From contig JAERRW010000079.1 of NCBI GenBank assembly GCA_016735235.1, forward strand, positions 1 through 61,015: DNA of 61,015 bases. Reading direction: 5' to 3'. Below are positions 20,684-30,290 of the stretch, one piece after another; within the stretch, counting starts at the first letter, position 1; each line of letters starts with the position of its first letter. The position numbers and the translations under genes were made by a program. The notes under the pieces were generated by a model, which worked only from the letters and a program-made list of their open reading frames with translations, was not told the origin of the DNA and did no database searches. This DNA comes from Sulfurospirillum sp. Its GTDB lineage: Bacteria > Campylobacterota > Campylobacteria > Campylobacterales > Sulfurospirillaceae.

Positions 20684-22063
20684 TTATAGACCCATTTTGC
20701 TGGGGTTTAGTATATTGTTTGGGTCAAATGTTTTTTTTATAGAGCGAAAAAGTTCCATCTCCCCATCACTAAAAGCTAAATTCATATAAGGAGCTTTACT
20801 AAGACCAATTCCATGTTCTCCACTTAGTGTTCCTTTTAAGGCAATTGTAGCTTTAAAAACCTCTTCTATAGCTTGATATCCAATTTTTAACTGTTCTTCA
20901 TCACTTCCATCTATCATAACATTTGTATGAACATTGCCATCACCAGCATGTCCAAAACATGGTATTTTTACACTATATTTTTTTGAAATTATATCAATTT
21001 GCTTAAGTAGTTCTGGAAGTCTATTTCTAGGAACAGTTATATCTTCATTAAGTTTTTTACTACCATATATTGTTATGCTTTGGCTAGCATTTTTTCTTGC
21101 AAACCATAGACTATCTTCCTCTTTTTTATCTTTTGCAATTTTAAAATTAATAGAGTTATTCTCCTTAAATTTAGTCTCTAAAATTTTGAGTTGATTCTTT
21201 AGTTCAATATCAAGGTTGCCATCTATGGTAACTATCAAAATAGCTCCAGCTTCACAAGGAAGTCCTTTGTTATATTTTTTTTCAACAGCTTGTATGGTTA
21301 AATTATCTAAAAATTCCATGGCTACGGGAGTAACTCCAGCGGACATGGTTTTGTAAACTGCATTCATAGCATCATTTACAGTTGAAAAAACACCCATCAT
21401 GCTTTGGCTTAATTTTGGTTTTGCAATAAGTTTTAATGTTATCTCTGTGATACATCCAAGAGTGCCTTCACTAGCAATAATGATTCCAGCTATGTTGTAT
21501 CCAGCAACATCTTTGATAGTTCTTTTTCCTGCTCGTATAATTTGCCCATTTGGAATAACAACACGCAATGCCATTACATAATCTTTTGTTATACCATATT
21601 TTGCAGCTCTCATGCCACCAGCATTTTCACTCACATTTCCACCTATTGTAGAGTAGTGTTCACTTGCTGGATCTGGCGGATAAAAAAGACCCACTTTTTC
21701 AACTACATGTTGTAAGTCCATGTTTATGACACCCGGTTGCACTACCGCAACCATATTTTCCATATCAATTTCAAGAATTTTATTCATATGTTTTTCATAT
21801 GCTAGTATCACACCACCTTTGGCTGGAAGTGCACCACCGGTAAAACCACTGCCCGCACCACGAGGAGTGATAATAATTTTGTGTTTATTGCAGTATGTAA
21901 GTATACTGCTTACATCTTGTTCATCTCTTGGGAATATAACTAAATCTGGTTCATATCTACATCGAGTAGCATCATAAGAGTAAGCTATTAAGTGAGCTTT
22001 GTCATCATATACATTTTCATCTCCAAGTAATTTTTTAAAATAATCTATATATAAAGATTTCAT
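20684..22063 (-). CDS. glcD: FAD-linked oxidase, GlcD-like
   Basis: PRGAGSGFTGG, PPDPAS, GHAGDGNVH, SGEHGIG. Confidence 0.9.
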   Translation of the reverse strand: MKSLYIDYFKKLLGDENVYDDKAHLIAYSYDATRCRYEPDLVIFPRDEQDVSSILTYCNKHKIIITPRGAGSGFTGGALPAKGGVILAYEKHMNKILEIDMENMVAVVQPGVINMDLQHVVEKVGLFYPPDPASEHYSTIGGNVSENAGGMRAAKYGITKDYVMALRVVIPNGQIIRAGKRTIKDVAGYNIAGIIIASEGTLGCITEITLKLIAKPKLSQSMMGVFSTVNDAMNAVYKTMSAGVTPVAMEFLDNLTIQAVEKKYNKGLPCEAGAILIVTIDGNLDIELKNQLKILETKFKENNSINFKIAKDKKEEDSLWFARKNASQSITIYGSKKLNEDITVPRNRLPELLKQIDIISKKYSVKIPCFGHAGDGNVHTNVMIDGSDEEQLKIGYQAIEEVFKATIALKGTLSGEHGIGLSKAPYMNLAFSDGEMELFRSIKKTFDPNNILNPSKMGL

Positions 22064-22789
22064 CTATTTTCCTATCATTTTTCTATAGTGGGTATCGTAA
22101 TCTTCTATATAAGTGCTATTCCAATTCATCCAATTAGCTTTTATCTCTTTTACTCTTGTGTAAAAAGGGACTTCAGCTTTTTTTATAATCAAGTCAGTTT
22201 TTAACTCTTTTACTACTTTAAAGTTGTTGCAATCAACAAAATAACTACTATTATTGAGTGCAAAAAATATGAGTCCTGCCGAGTTTATTCTACACATTTT
22301 TTGAAAATTCTTTTTATTTGGATTTGGTTTAAGCTCTTTTGCTAAGTATGCGCCAACTATATCTGGATGAATCCAGCTTATGCCTTCAAATTGTTTTTTA
22401 ACTTTCTCGTAAATTTCATAGCTAGGGACTACCATTAAAACTCTTTTATATAGGTAATTTAGTGTTATTTTGTCTCCTATTGCAGGAGTTATTCCAGATT
22501 TTGGAAAAGCGATTTGAGTTAAATATTTGTATTCTCCGAACTCTATAGTCGCTCTATTGCCATCTTTTTTTATAACATTAGCATGTGCAATAATAGTAGA
22601 AATATTGTTTTCAAAAGTATGGACAATAATGCCCGATGATCCTATAACTATATCATTTGAATCTTGAATAATAGCAGTTTCTCCCTCAATATTAAGTATT
22701 TTTGTACTAAATTCATTGAAAATTGATTTAGCACTTAAGCTATGCGATGAGATTAAAAATATACCAATAATAATTAATAATTTATGCAA
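22064..22789 (-). CDS. Plasminogen-binding protein PgbA N-terminal domain protein
   Basis: Signal peptide; GSSGIIVH, LNYLYKRVL, WIHPD motifs. Confidence 0.75.
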   Translation of the reverse strand: MHKLLIIIGIFLISSHSLSAKSIFNEFSTKILNIEGETAIIQDSNDIVIGSSGIIVHTFENNISTIIAHANVIKKDGNRATIEFGEYKYLTQIAFPKSGITPAIGDKITLNYLYKRVLMVVPSYEIYEKVKKQFEGISWIHPDIVGAYLAKELKPNPNKKNFQKMCRINSAGLIFFALNNSSYFVDCNNFKVVKELKTDLIIKKAEVPFYTRVKEIKANWMNWNSTYIEDYDTHYRKMIGK

Positions 22790-22890
22790 TAAAACTCCTT
22801 TTAGTTTTGTATATAAATGTAAATATATTATACAATAACAGTTTTTAAGAGTCGTTTAGCTAAAATAGAATTTTCAAGGAGGATTTAAAC

Positions 22891-24069
22891 ATGATAAGAT
22901 TATTTTTTATATTGATATTTTGGCTAGTTTCGCTTAGCGCTTCAACTCTACATGTAGAAAAATGGGGTCAAGGTGAAACATTTTTAACTTTTTTAGAAAA
23001 CAATAAACTCCCTCTTTCAATATATTATAATTTAGACAATCTAGAGCAAGAGTTAGCTACTGAGATAATGTCTAATGTTAAGTATCAAATTCTTAAAAGT
23101 GATGATGGCACTATTGAACAGGTTCTAATTCCAATAGGAGAAGAGCTACAACTTCACATTATTAAACGAGCCGACAAGTATGAGTTTACTACTACTCCTA
23201 TATCGTATCAAGAGCAGAAACTTTCAGTTACTATTGATATTGAAAACTCTCCCTATCAAGACATTATTAATGAAACAAATAACTACCTTTTAGCACATGA
23301 ATTTATTCAAGCTTTTAAAAATAGTGTAAATTTTAAAAGACTTCAAAAGGGCGATAGAGTAGTTATTTTCTATACAAAAAAAACAAGATTAGGCAGACAA
23401 TTTGGATCACCTAAAATTGAAGTTGCAATGATTGAAGAGAGAGGTCGTAAAAATTATGTTTTTAGTTATAACAGTGGTAGATTTTATGATATAAAGGGTA
23501 AAGAGATAGCGGGATTTTTTTTAGCTAAACCAGTTAATTATCATAGAATTTCAGATGGCTTTACATACAAAAGATGGCATCCAATTTTAAAAAAATATAG
23601 AGCACATTTAGGCATAGATTATGCTGCTAAAACAGGTACTTCTATAAGAGCCGCAAGTCATGGCAAAATAATTCAATTGGGCAATAAAGGCGGTTACGGG
23701 AAATGTATTACAATAAAACATAGTAATGGTTATAAGACTTTGTATGCCCACATGAATGGCTACAAAAAAGGTATGAGAGTAGGAAGGAAGGTTAAAAAAG
23801 GGCAAACTATAGGTTATGTTGGAAGTACTGGACTTAGTACCGGTCCTCATTTGCATTTTGGTTTATATAAAAATAATCGTGCAATAAACCCAAATAGTGT
23901 AATTAGAGTTACAAAATCTAAGCTAAAAGGCAAGACAAAAGAGGAGTTTTTCACATACTCTAAAAAGCTACAAAAAGATATACAAGTTGCACTAGTTAAT
24001 TATGAAAATCCAACAAAAGAGAAATCTTTTGATTATATTGTAAGTTTAGATGAAGAGTTTATTAATTAG
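22891..24069 (+). CDS. M23 family peptidoglycan DD-metalloendopeptidase
   Basis: HLGIDY, YAHM, STGPHLHF. Confidence 0.93.
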   Translation: MIRLFFILIFWLVSLSASTLHVEKWGQGETFLTFLENNKLPLSIYYNLDNLEQELATEIMSNVKYQILKSDDGTIEQVLIPIGEELQLHIIKRADKYEFTTTPISYQEQKLSVTIDIENSPYQDIINETNNYLLAHEFIQAFKNSVNFKRLQKGDRVVIFYTKKTRLGRQFGSPKIEVAMIEERGRKNYVFSYNSGRFYDIKGKEIAGFFLAKPVNYHRISDGFTYKRWHPILKKYRAHLGIDYAAKTGTSIRAASHGKIIQLGNKGGYGKCITIKHSNGYKTLYAHMNGYKKGMRVGRKVKKGQTIGYVGSTGLSTGPHLHFGLYKNNRAINPNSVIRVTKSKLKGKTKEEFFTYSKKLQKDIQVALVNYENPTKEKSFDYIVSLDEEFIN

Positions 24070-24077
24070 GATACTAA

Positions 24078-25445
24078 ATGCCTGCGAGTAGAGAGATAGA
24101 AAATGAGATAAAAATAGTAGAATCTTATCTTTCTGGTAAAATAGATTATGAAGTATCTGTATCAGATTTAGCAAAGCATCTTAAATCTATAAAAACATAT
24201 AACGAGACAATTTTTATCTCACTTTTAAAAAAATTTCCAAATGATATTTTTGGAGATTTAGTACTTGAACTGCCAGAATATTACCTTAAAAAGATCATAG
24301 AAAATATACCAGCAGAACAGTTAAGTAAAGCTATTGAAGACCTTGAGAGCGATGATGCAACTGACCTTCTTCAAGATATTGAACAGATAGATGAACAGAT
24401 AGCCGAAGAGATTCTTTCAAGCTTAGACAAAGAAGACCAAGAAGATATTAAGCGTCTTAGACAATATGACGAACAGATAGCCGGCGCTTATATGCAAACA
24501 GAGGTTTTTACAGCTTCTTATGATGAAAAGATACATTTAGCAGTAGATAGATTAAGAGATTTAAAGCAAAAAGGTGAGTTAGAAAATGTTCATCAAGTCT
24601 TTATAGTAGAAAAATTAGGTAGATTAATGTTTACAATTCTTTTAGAAGATTTGATAACATTTGACTTTAGTAATAGTTTCAAAAAAGAGCTTGAAGGCAG
24701 AGAAGATAATTTTAAACTAAGACATGTGAAAGATGATGAAGATATATCTAAAGTAATTGGACTTTTTGAGGATTATGATCTTTTATCTTTACCTGTAACG
24801 AATTACCAAGGAAAACTATTAGGTAGAATTACTTCGGACGATATTCATGATATTATTGAAGAAAGAGCAACAGATCAGATATACAAATTAGCAGGTGTTG
24901 ATGATGAGATAGAGCATGAAGAGAGTATATATCAAGCTGGAAAATCTAGACTTATTTGGCTTTTATTGAATCTTTTTACTGCTATATTTGCTTCGGTTGT
25001 AATAGGGCAGTTTGAAGATGTTTTAACAGCTTATGTGGCACTTGCGGTTTTAATGCCTATAGTTGCATCTATGGGTGGCAATGCTGGAACACAATCTCTT
25101 ACTATTATGGTTCGTCAATTAGCTATTGGCGAAATAAATATAAAAAATGCAAAAGAAGCTATACGAAAAGAGATGATACTCTCTATAGTAAATGGATTAG
25201 TATTTGCAGTTATTATTGGTTTTGTAGCTTTTGCTTGGTTTGGTAATAGCAAAATTGGCTTTATTATAGCAGCATCAATGCTCATAAATCTTCTTTGTGC
25301 AGGATTAATAGGCTCGATGGTTCCATTAATACTAAAAAGAGCAGGAGTTGATCCGGCCATTGGAAGTACTGTTGTTTTAACAACTTCAACAGATATAGTC
25401 GGGTTCTTGAGTTTTTTAGGACTAGCTAGTTTGGTACTAATTTAA
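24078..25445 (+). CDS. mgtE: Magnesium transporter
   Basis: ESDDATD, CBS pair, MGGNAGTQ, DPA motif. Confidence 0.95.
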   Translation: MPASREIENEIKIVESYLSGKIDYEVSVSDLAKHLKSIKTYNETIFISLLKKFPNDIFGDLVLELPEYYLKKIIENIPAEQLSKAIEDLESDDATDLLQDIEQIDEQIAEEILSSLDKEDQEDIKRLRQYDEQIAGAYMQTEVFTASYDEKIHLAVDRLRDLKQKGELENVHQVFIVEKLGRLMFTILLEDLITFDFSNSFKKELEGREDNFKLRHVKDDEDISKVIGLFEDYDLLSLPVTNYQGKLLGRITSDDIHDIIEERATDQIYKLAGVDDEIEHEESIYQAGKSRLIWLLLNLFTAIFASVVIGQFEDVLTAYVALAVLMPIVASMGGNAGTQSLTIMVRQLAIGEINIKNAKEAIRKEMILSIVNGLVFAVIIGFVAFAWFGNSKIGFIIAASMLINLLCAGLIGSMVPLILKRAGVDPAIGSTVVLTTSTDIVGFLSFLGLASLVLI

Positions 25446-26002
25446 TGATAGAATTTTTAAGACTTGAAGATTGTATAGATTCAGCTTATGTAAAACCAAA
25501 AAGTATAATTTATCTACAAAATGGTATTGAAAAACAATGGGACATAATAGATGCTCATGATAGTGTAGCTATACTTTTGTATCATGAAGAGTTAGATTCA
25601 TTTGTTTTTGTAAAGCAGTTTAGACCATCTGTATATCTCAAAAATAGAGATGGGTATACTTACGAGCTTTGTGCTGGATTAGTAGACAAGCAAAAGAGCC
25701 TTAAAGAGATAGCTTATGAAGAGATTTTAGAAGAGACTGGCTATGATGTTCCATTGGAAAAAATAGATAAAATAACCTCTTTTTATACAGCAGTAGGTTT
25801 TACTGGTGCTAGTCAAACTCTCTATTTTGTAACCATAAATAGTAGTATGAAAGCAAGTGAAGGTGGAGGAATAGATAATGAGAGTATAGAGGTTATTTAT
25901 ATAAAAAAAGATAATGTTATGGAGTTTATGTTTAATGAAAAAATAGTGAAAACATCAGGATTGATGTTTTCACTTATGTGGTATTTTAAAAATAAGAATT
26001 AA
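25445..26002 (+). CDS. NUDIX hydrolase (nucleoside diphosphate sugar pyrophosphatase-like)
   Basis: VKQFRP, ELCAGLVD...EEILEETG. Confidence 0.9.
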   Translation: MIEFLRLEDCIDSAYVKPKSIIYLQNGIEKQWDIIDAHDSVAILLYHEELDSFVFVKQFRPSVYLKNRDGYTYELCAGLVDKQKSLKEIAYEEILEETGYDVPLEKIDKITSFYTAVGFTGASQTLYFVTINSSMKASEGGGIDNESIEVIYIKKDNVMEFMFNEKIVKTSGLMFSLMWYFKNKN

Positions 26003-27906
26003 TCAATGCTATAGAATAATTCAGGTCTATACTCAAAATACATGGTGTTATGATGATGCCATCTTCCACCCCAAATAAAACCATATGTTTCAAATATATC
26101 TACTATTTTTTTTGGAATTTTATTTTTATTTGATTGTTTAACATGTATATCTATGGCTATACCAAGACTGTGGCTATTTAGTCTATCTGTTTTTAAAGTG
26201 TCTTCATATTGAAAAGTTCCTGCTATATTAATTAAGAATTTATCATATTTTTTTGGTAGTTTTTTTAATTCATCTACTACTTTTCTTAGCTGTCGTGACG
26301 CATTTTGTTTTTGATTAAATAGAATTTTTGAGCCATCTACCCACTCAACATGTATTAAGTTGTCTGTAACTTCTTGTTTGCTATTTCCATATAATTTTCT
26401 TAACAATGCATCATTTCTAAATTTACCAGCATTAGTAGTAGGCGATGCAATAGGAGTAAATGGTTTATATGTTTGAGAAATAGTATCTTTAATGCTAGGC
26501 TTGTTTGTCATCTCTTCAGTAGTTTTATCTATATAGTCGTGGTACACTAAAGTGCTGTTGTCATCAAAATATAGTATGTTTTCTTTGAACTCTACAATAC
26601 TTGGATATGCTTTTACAAAAATATTTTGTGTAAAAATTGGTACTTTCGGTTGTATTACTAAGCCCTCAACTCTATCTATTAAAAGTGAATTATTTTTAAC
26701 ACTACTTAGATTCTCACCAACATGCAAGTCAGAAATCACAGTTTTACCTATGACATGTCGACTCTCTTTACCGCTAGTTTCTGTTTTTATGCCCCACACA
26801 TTGTGCATGACCATGGCTCTATTGTTTACCTCACCAACATAGAGCATAATATGACCTTTTAGGTAGATAAGGCTTAAAAAAGCCACACCATGATCTATTA
26901 TTATTCTCTCTTTCTCTTTGTTTTTTAACTCTTTGAAAGATATGTACTCTCCAGCACTTTTTTGTGCTGCAGAGTTTCGTGGAAGCCATAGACCAAATGG
27001 AGCAAGAAAGTCTTTAGTCATAGCAGAACAGTCTCTATTTTGTAAGTATCCCCCCCAGCCATATTTTTCACCTAAAAGCTCACTACTTATATTAAGAAGA
27101 TTTGTTTTATTGAATTCTAACGGCATGTTACTAGCTTTGGTTTTAGGTATGCGAACTTCAATTTTATTTGCAAATCTTGTGTACATGTAGGAGTAAAAAA
27201 AACCACCTTTTTCTTGCATAAGTGGAAATTGTGAACCAAGTTTTGCATGTACAATATACTTTTGCTTATCTGAATATATAGGAATATTATCTTCTGTAAT
27301 AACAATCTTTTTTGAATTTTTAAATTCATTTCTACTTTTTGCATCTAAGAGTGCAAAACTATTACGAGGCAACCAGCCTGTTGTAACTGGATTTTGTACA
27401 AATGCCCAAGCACCATTATTGGAGTAGTGAGATATAAGTAGAGGTGTATTGACATGTAGTAGTGTAGTTTGCATGTAATCAAATGGAAAACCCTCTCCCG
27501 GCAGTGTAGTTTTTAGATAAAAAGGCTTAAAAGTTGGTAAGTTTCTTACTTGTGTATCTTTAGTTGTGATGGCATAACTTATATTTTGATTGTATTTTTC
27601 AAAGTTTGTTGTTTTTATTATATTGTCTATTTCGCTAAGATCCCAAGGTAAAATATTTTCAGCATAGTATCTGTTCTCTTTTCTATAAACAACATTAGCC
27701 CAAGAAGCACTCTCTTTACTTATGCCTATAGAATTAATAGCCCAAGGCATAAACTCTCTTGAGTTAAAACTCTCCATTTCTACATGTAGAGGTTTAGTGT
27801 TTGTGATTAGATAATCAGTTTTTTGTTCATATTTTAGTACTTCTGTATCTTTGTGTCCACATCCTAAAATGAGGGCTAAAATAGGTATTATTAATAATTG
27901 TTTCAT
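25999..27906 (-). CDS. Lipoprotein: SH3b + NlpC/P60 peptidase fused to a C-terminal M15-like domain
   Basis: Lipobox LILGC; GEGFPFDY; YGWGG..RDCS and GHIMLY; C-terminal SHSLGIAID...FIWGGRW...FEYRPE. Confidence 0.85.
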   Translation of the reverse strand: MKQLLIIPILALILGCGHKDTEVLKYEQKTDYLITNTKPLHVEMESFNSREFMPWAINSIGISKESASWANVVYRKENRYYAENILPWDLSEIDNIIKTTNFEKYNQNISYAITTKDTQVRNLPTFKPFYLKTTLPGEGFPFDYMQTTLLHVNTPLLISHYSNNGAWAFVQNPVTTGWLPRNSFALLDAKSRNEFKNSKKIVITEDNIPIYSDKQKYIVHAKLGSQFPLMQEKGGFFYSYMYTRFANKIEVRIPKTKASNMPLEFNKTNLLNISSELLGEKYGWGGYLQNRDCSAMTKDFLAPFGLWLPRNSAAQKSAGEYISFKELKNKEKERIIIDHGVAFLSLIYLKGHIMLYVGEVNNRAMVMHNVWGIKTETSGKESRHVIGKTVISDLHVGENLSSVKNNSLLIDRVEGLVIQPKVPIFTQNIFVKAYPSIVEFKENILYFDDNSTLVYHDYIDKTTEEMTNKPSIKDTISQTYKPFTPIASPTTNAGKFRNDALLRKLYGNSKQEVTDNLIHVEWVDGSKILFNQKQNASRQLRKVVDELKKLPKKYDKFLINIAGTFQYEDTLKTDRLNSHSLGIAIDIHVKQSNKNKIPKKIVDIFETYGFIWGGRWHHHNTMYFEYRPELFYSID

Positions 27907-27940
27907 AAATGTTATAATATCAAAAAAATTAGGATTTTAG

Positions 27941-29254
27941 TTGAAATTGCTTAAAAAAATTAAAAAATTACTTAAAAAACAGAATATACTACTCACTGGC
28001 GGTGGCGGAGTTGGCAAGAGCTATTTAACTATGGAAATTATAAGTTCATTAAGAAGTGATGATAAACAAGTAGTGGTTTTAGGTAGCACTGGTGTGAGTG
28101 CGGTCAATATCAACGGCAATACTATTCACAGTTTTTTCTGTTTTGGAATTTCAAATAATCTAGAAGAGATGAATAGAAATGATAAACATGTAAAAAATAG
28201 ACTAATAGAGCTAAACAAGATGTTAAGCAGTGCAGATTTGCTTGTAATTGATGAGATAAGCATGGTTAGTAGTGATTTGATGGAGATGATACTCTATAGG
28301 CTTAAGAGTGGTAGTTTTGAAGGAAGATTACTTTTTGTGGGTGATTTTTTTCAACTTCCTCCTATAAGACCACGAGTCTCAACTAACTCTTTGTTTGAAA
28401 ATCAAGAGTTTGCTTTTGAGAGTTCGGCTTGGCAATATTTTAACCCTTATATAGTAGAATTAACTCATACAAAAAGAACTAAAGATAATGAATTTTTTTA
28501 TATGTTAAATCGTATTAGAGTAGGAGAATTAGATGATAAGGTTGGTCATTATCTTGAGAGTCTTAGAGATCATACACATGTAATTGATAAAAATCCTACC
28601 ATACTTTATGGAAGAAACAGAGAGGCCGATATAGTAAATCTACAGAGACTTAAAGAGTTACAAAGTGAGCCTATTGTGCTAAAAGCTAAAGAGACTATGC
28701 ATCTTACTTCTCTACATGTAAATAGAGTAAAAACTTGGAAAAAAAATTTACCTGTATCTGTAGAGCTAACTTTAAAAGTTGGAGCTAGTATTCTTTTTTG
28801 TACAAATAAATGGGGGTCATACTATAACGGCGAAAGAGGCATAGTAATTAAACTTGATGAAAAGGAAGTTGTGGTAGAAAAAGTAAATAAAAAAGTGGTA
28901 AAAGTGCAAAGAGCAGAGTATACATTGAGTGAAAATATAGTACTTAATAACAAAATAGAAGAGAAACCTTTAGTAACGATAGAACAATTTCCTCTAAAAT
29001 TAGCCTATGCAATTACAATACATAAATCTCAAGGCATGAGCATAGACTCTTTGGTGTGCAACATAGACAATATTTTTGAAAAGAGTCAATTTTATGTAGC
29101 GATAAGCAGGGCACAAAACCCTAAGAATCTCTTTTTAGACTATAGTTATAGTAATTTTTTCAACCATCTAAGAAAATGCATACAAATTTCACCAAAAGTA
29201 CAAAGTTTTTATAAAAATAGTAAAATATATAGAATTGAAGAAGATAGTTCTTGA
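27941..29254 (+). CDS. PIF1-family (SF1B) DNA helicase
   Basis: GGGGVGKS, IDEISM, GDFFQLPP, AITIHKSQG, YVAISRA. Confidence 0.92.
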   Translation: MKLLKKIKKLLKKQNILLTGGGGVGKSYLTMEIISSLRSDDKQVVVLGSTGVSAVNINGNTIHSFFCFGISNNLEEMNRNDKHVKNRLIELNKMLSSADLLVIDEISMVSSDLMEMILYRLKSGSFEGRLLFVGDFFQLPPIRPRVSTNSLFENQEFAFESSAWQYFNPYIVELTHTKRTKDNEFFYMLNRIRVGELDDKVGHYLESLRDHTHVIDKNPTILYGRNREADIVNLQRLKELQSEPIVLKAKETMHLTSLHVNRVKTWKKNLPVSVELTLKVGASILFCTNKWGSYYNGERGIVIKLDEKEVVVEKVNKKVVKVQRAEYTLSENIVLNNKIEEKPLVTIEQFPLKLAYAITIHKSQGMSIDSLVCNIDNIFEKSQFYVAISRAQNPKNLFLDYSYSNFFNHLRKCIQISPKVQSFYKNSKIYRIEEDSS

Positions 29255-29657
29255 GGAGTTTAAACTGCGTAAAATATTTCTAATATCATGTTTTTGTCTA
29301 TTTTTGCAGGCAAAAGAGACTTTGTATGTGAATGAATTTGAAGTTAATCTTTTTAGTAAATTATCAAAAGAGCTTATACTAATAGAGACTTCTATGATAT
29401 TTAAGGGGAGCGATGTAGAGATAAATAATTTTAAAATTATAGATGCCCTTAATGTAGTTATAGGAAGTTTTTATGCAGAAGATTTATTGACATCAAAAGG
29501 GAAAGAGGGCTTAAAAGAAGCCATCATAGGCTACACTAGCAATAAATATAACATAGATATAGATCATATTTATATACAAAAACTTTATATTGTAAAAAAT
29601 GTAACTAGCAAAACAATTATAGACGCACTTAGAGCAGAGGGTTATATAAAAAAATAG
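29235..29657 (+). CDS. FliL-like protein
   Basis: KIIDALNVVI...EDLLTSKGKEGLK motif; exact start uncertain. Confidence 0.65.
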   Translation: MKKIVLEEFKLRKIFLISCFCLFLQAKETLYVNEFEVNLFSKLSKELILIETSMIFKGSDVEINNFKIIDALNVVIGSFYAEDLLTSKGKEGLKEAIIGYTSNKYNIDIDHIYIQKLYIVKNVTSKTIIDALRAEGYIKK

Positions 29658-29675
29658 TAAATTTAAAACTCATAA

Positions 29676-30191
29676 TCATTGCATAATTATATCAAATTCA
29701 TGAGGAACGATAGCCTTAAAAATAGAGTCATTTAAAAAAGTATTTATTGACTGGTTGAAAAACTCTATTAAAACTCTATTTTCTAACTGGTCACTGTATG
29801 CAATCATATCTATTGTTCCATTTTTTTCGTGCATTGTATATGTTATATCTCCATAAGTAGTTTCATATATATTGTCATCTATATTTTTTGCATTTTTGAA
29901 AATTTCTGTTAAGTTTGGTATATTTTTTAGGTTTGTAATAATAGCTTGTTCTAATTCTGGTTCTATTATTGTAACTTTATCTTGAGAAAAATATATCTTT
30001 TTTTTTATAGGAGTCGTGTATATCCAAAGAGCTTTTGCTTTTGAAGATGCATAAAAACTTCCTGTATACACTATTTTTGAATTTTCTTCATTTGTTATTG
30101 TCTGCTTGAAATCACTACTAATAGTATCAAAGTCAAATACTTGGGCAATTAAAATATTACATGTAAGTAAAAAAGCCATAAAAAGTCTCAT
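29676..30191 (-). CDS. lolA: Outer-membrane lipoprotein chaperone LolA
   Basis: SDFKQT, WIYTTP, EPELEQA; divergent from secA as in Campylobacterales. Confidence 0.88.
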   Translation of the reverse strand: MRLFMAFLLTCNILIAQVFDFDTISSDFKQTITNEENSKIVYTGSFYASSKAKALWIYTTPIKKKIYFSQDKVTIIEPELEQAIITNLKNIPNLTEIFKNAKNIDDNIYETTYGDITYTMHEKNGTIDMIAYSDQLENRVLIEFFNQSINTFLNDSIFKAIVPHEFDIIMQ

Positions 30192-30290
30192 TAATTTATC
30201 CTAAAATTTTTTTATATGATTTTATCAAAATAATAGCAAAAATATGATAAAATTCGTATCTTTAAAGAATGGACATAGGATGGTTAAAGA

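Noticed and set aside
27941-29254. PIF1 helicase as a phage or mobile-element marker
   Set aside because: It sits among core genes, carries the host TACATGTA motif, and has no phage genes nearby.
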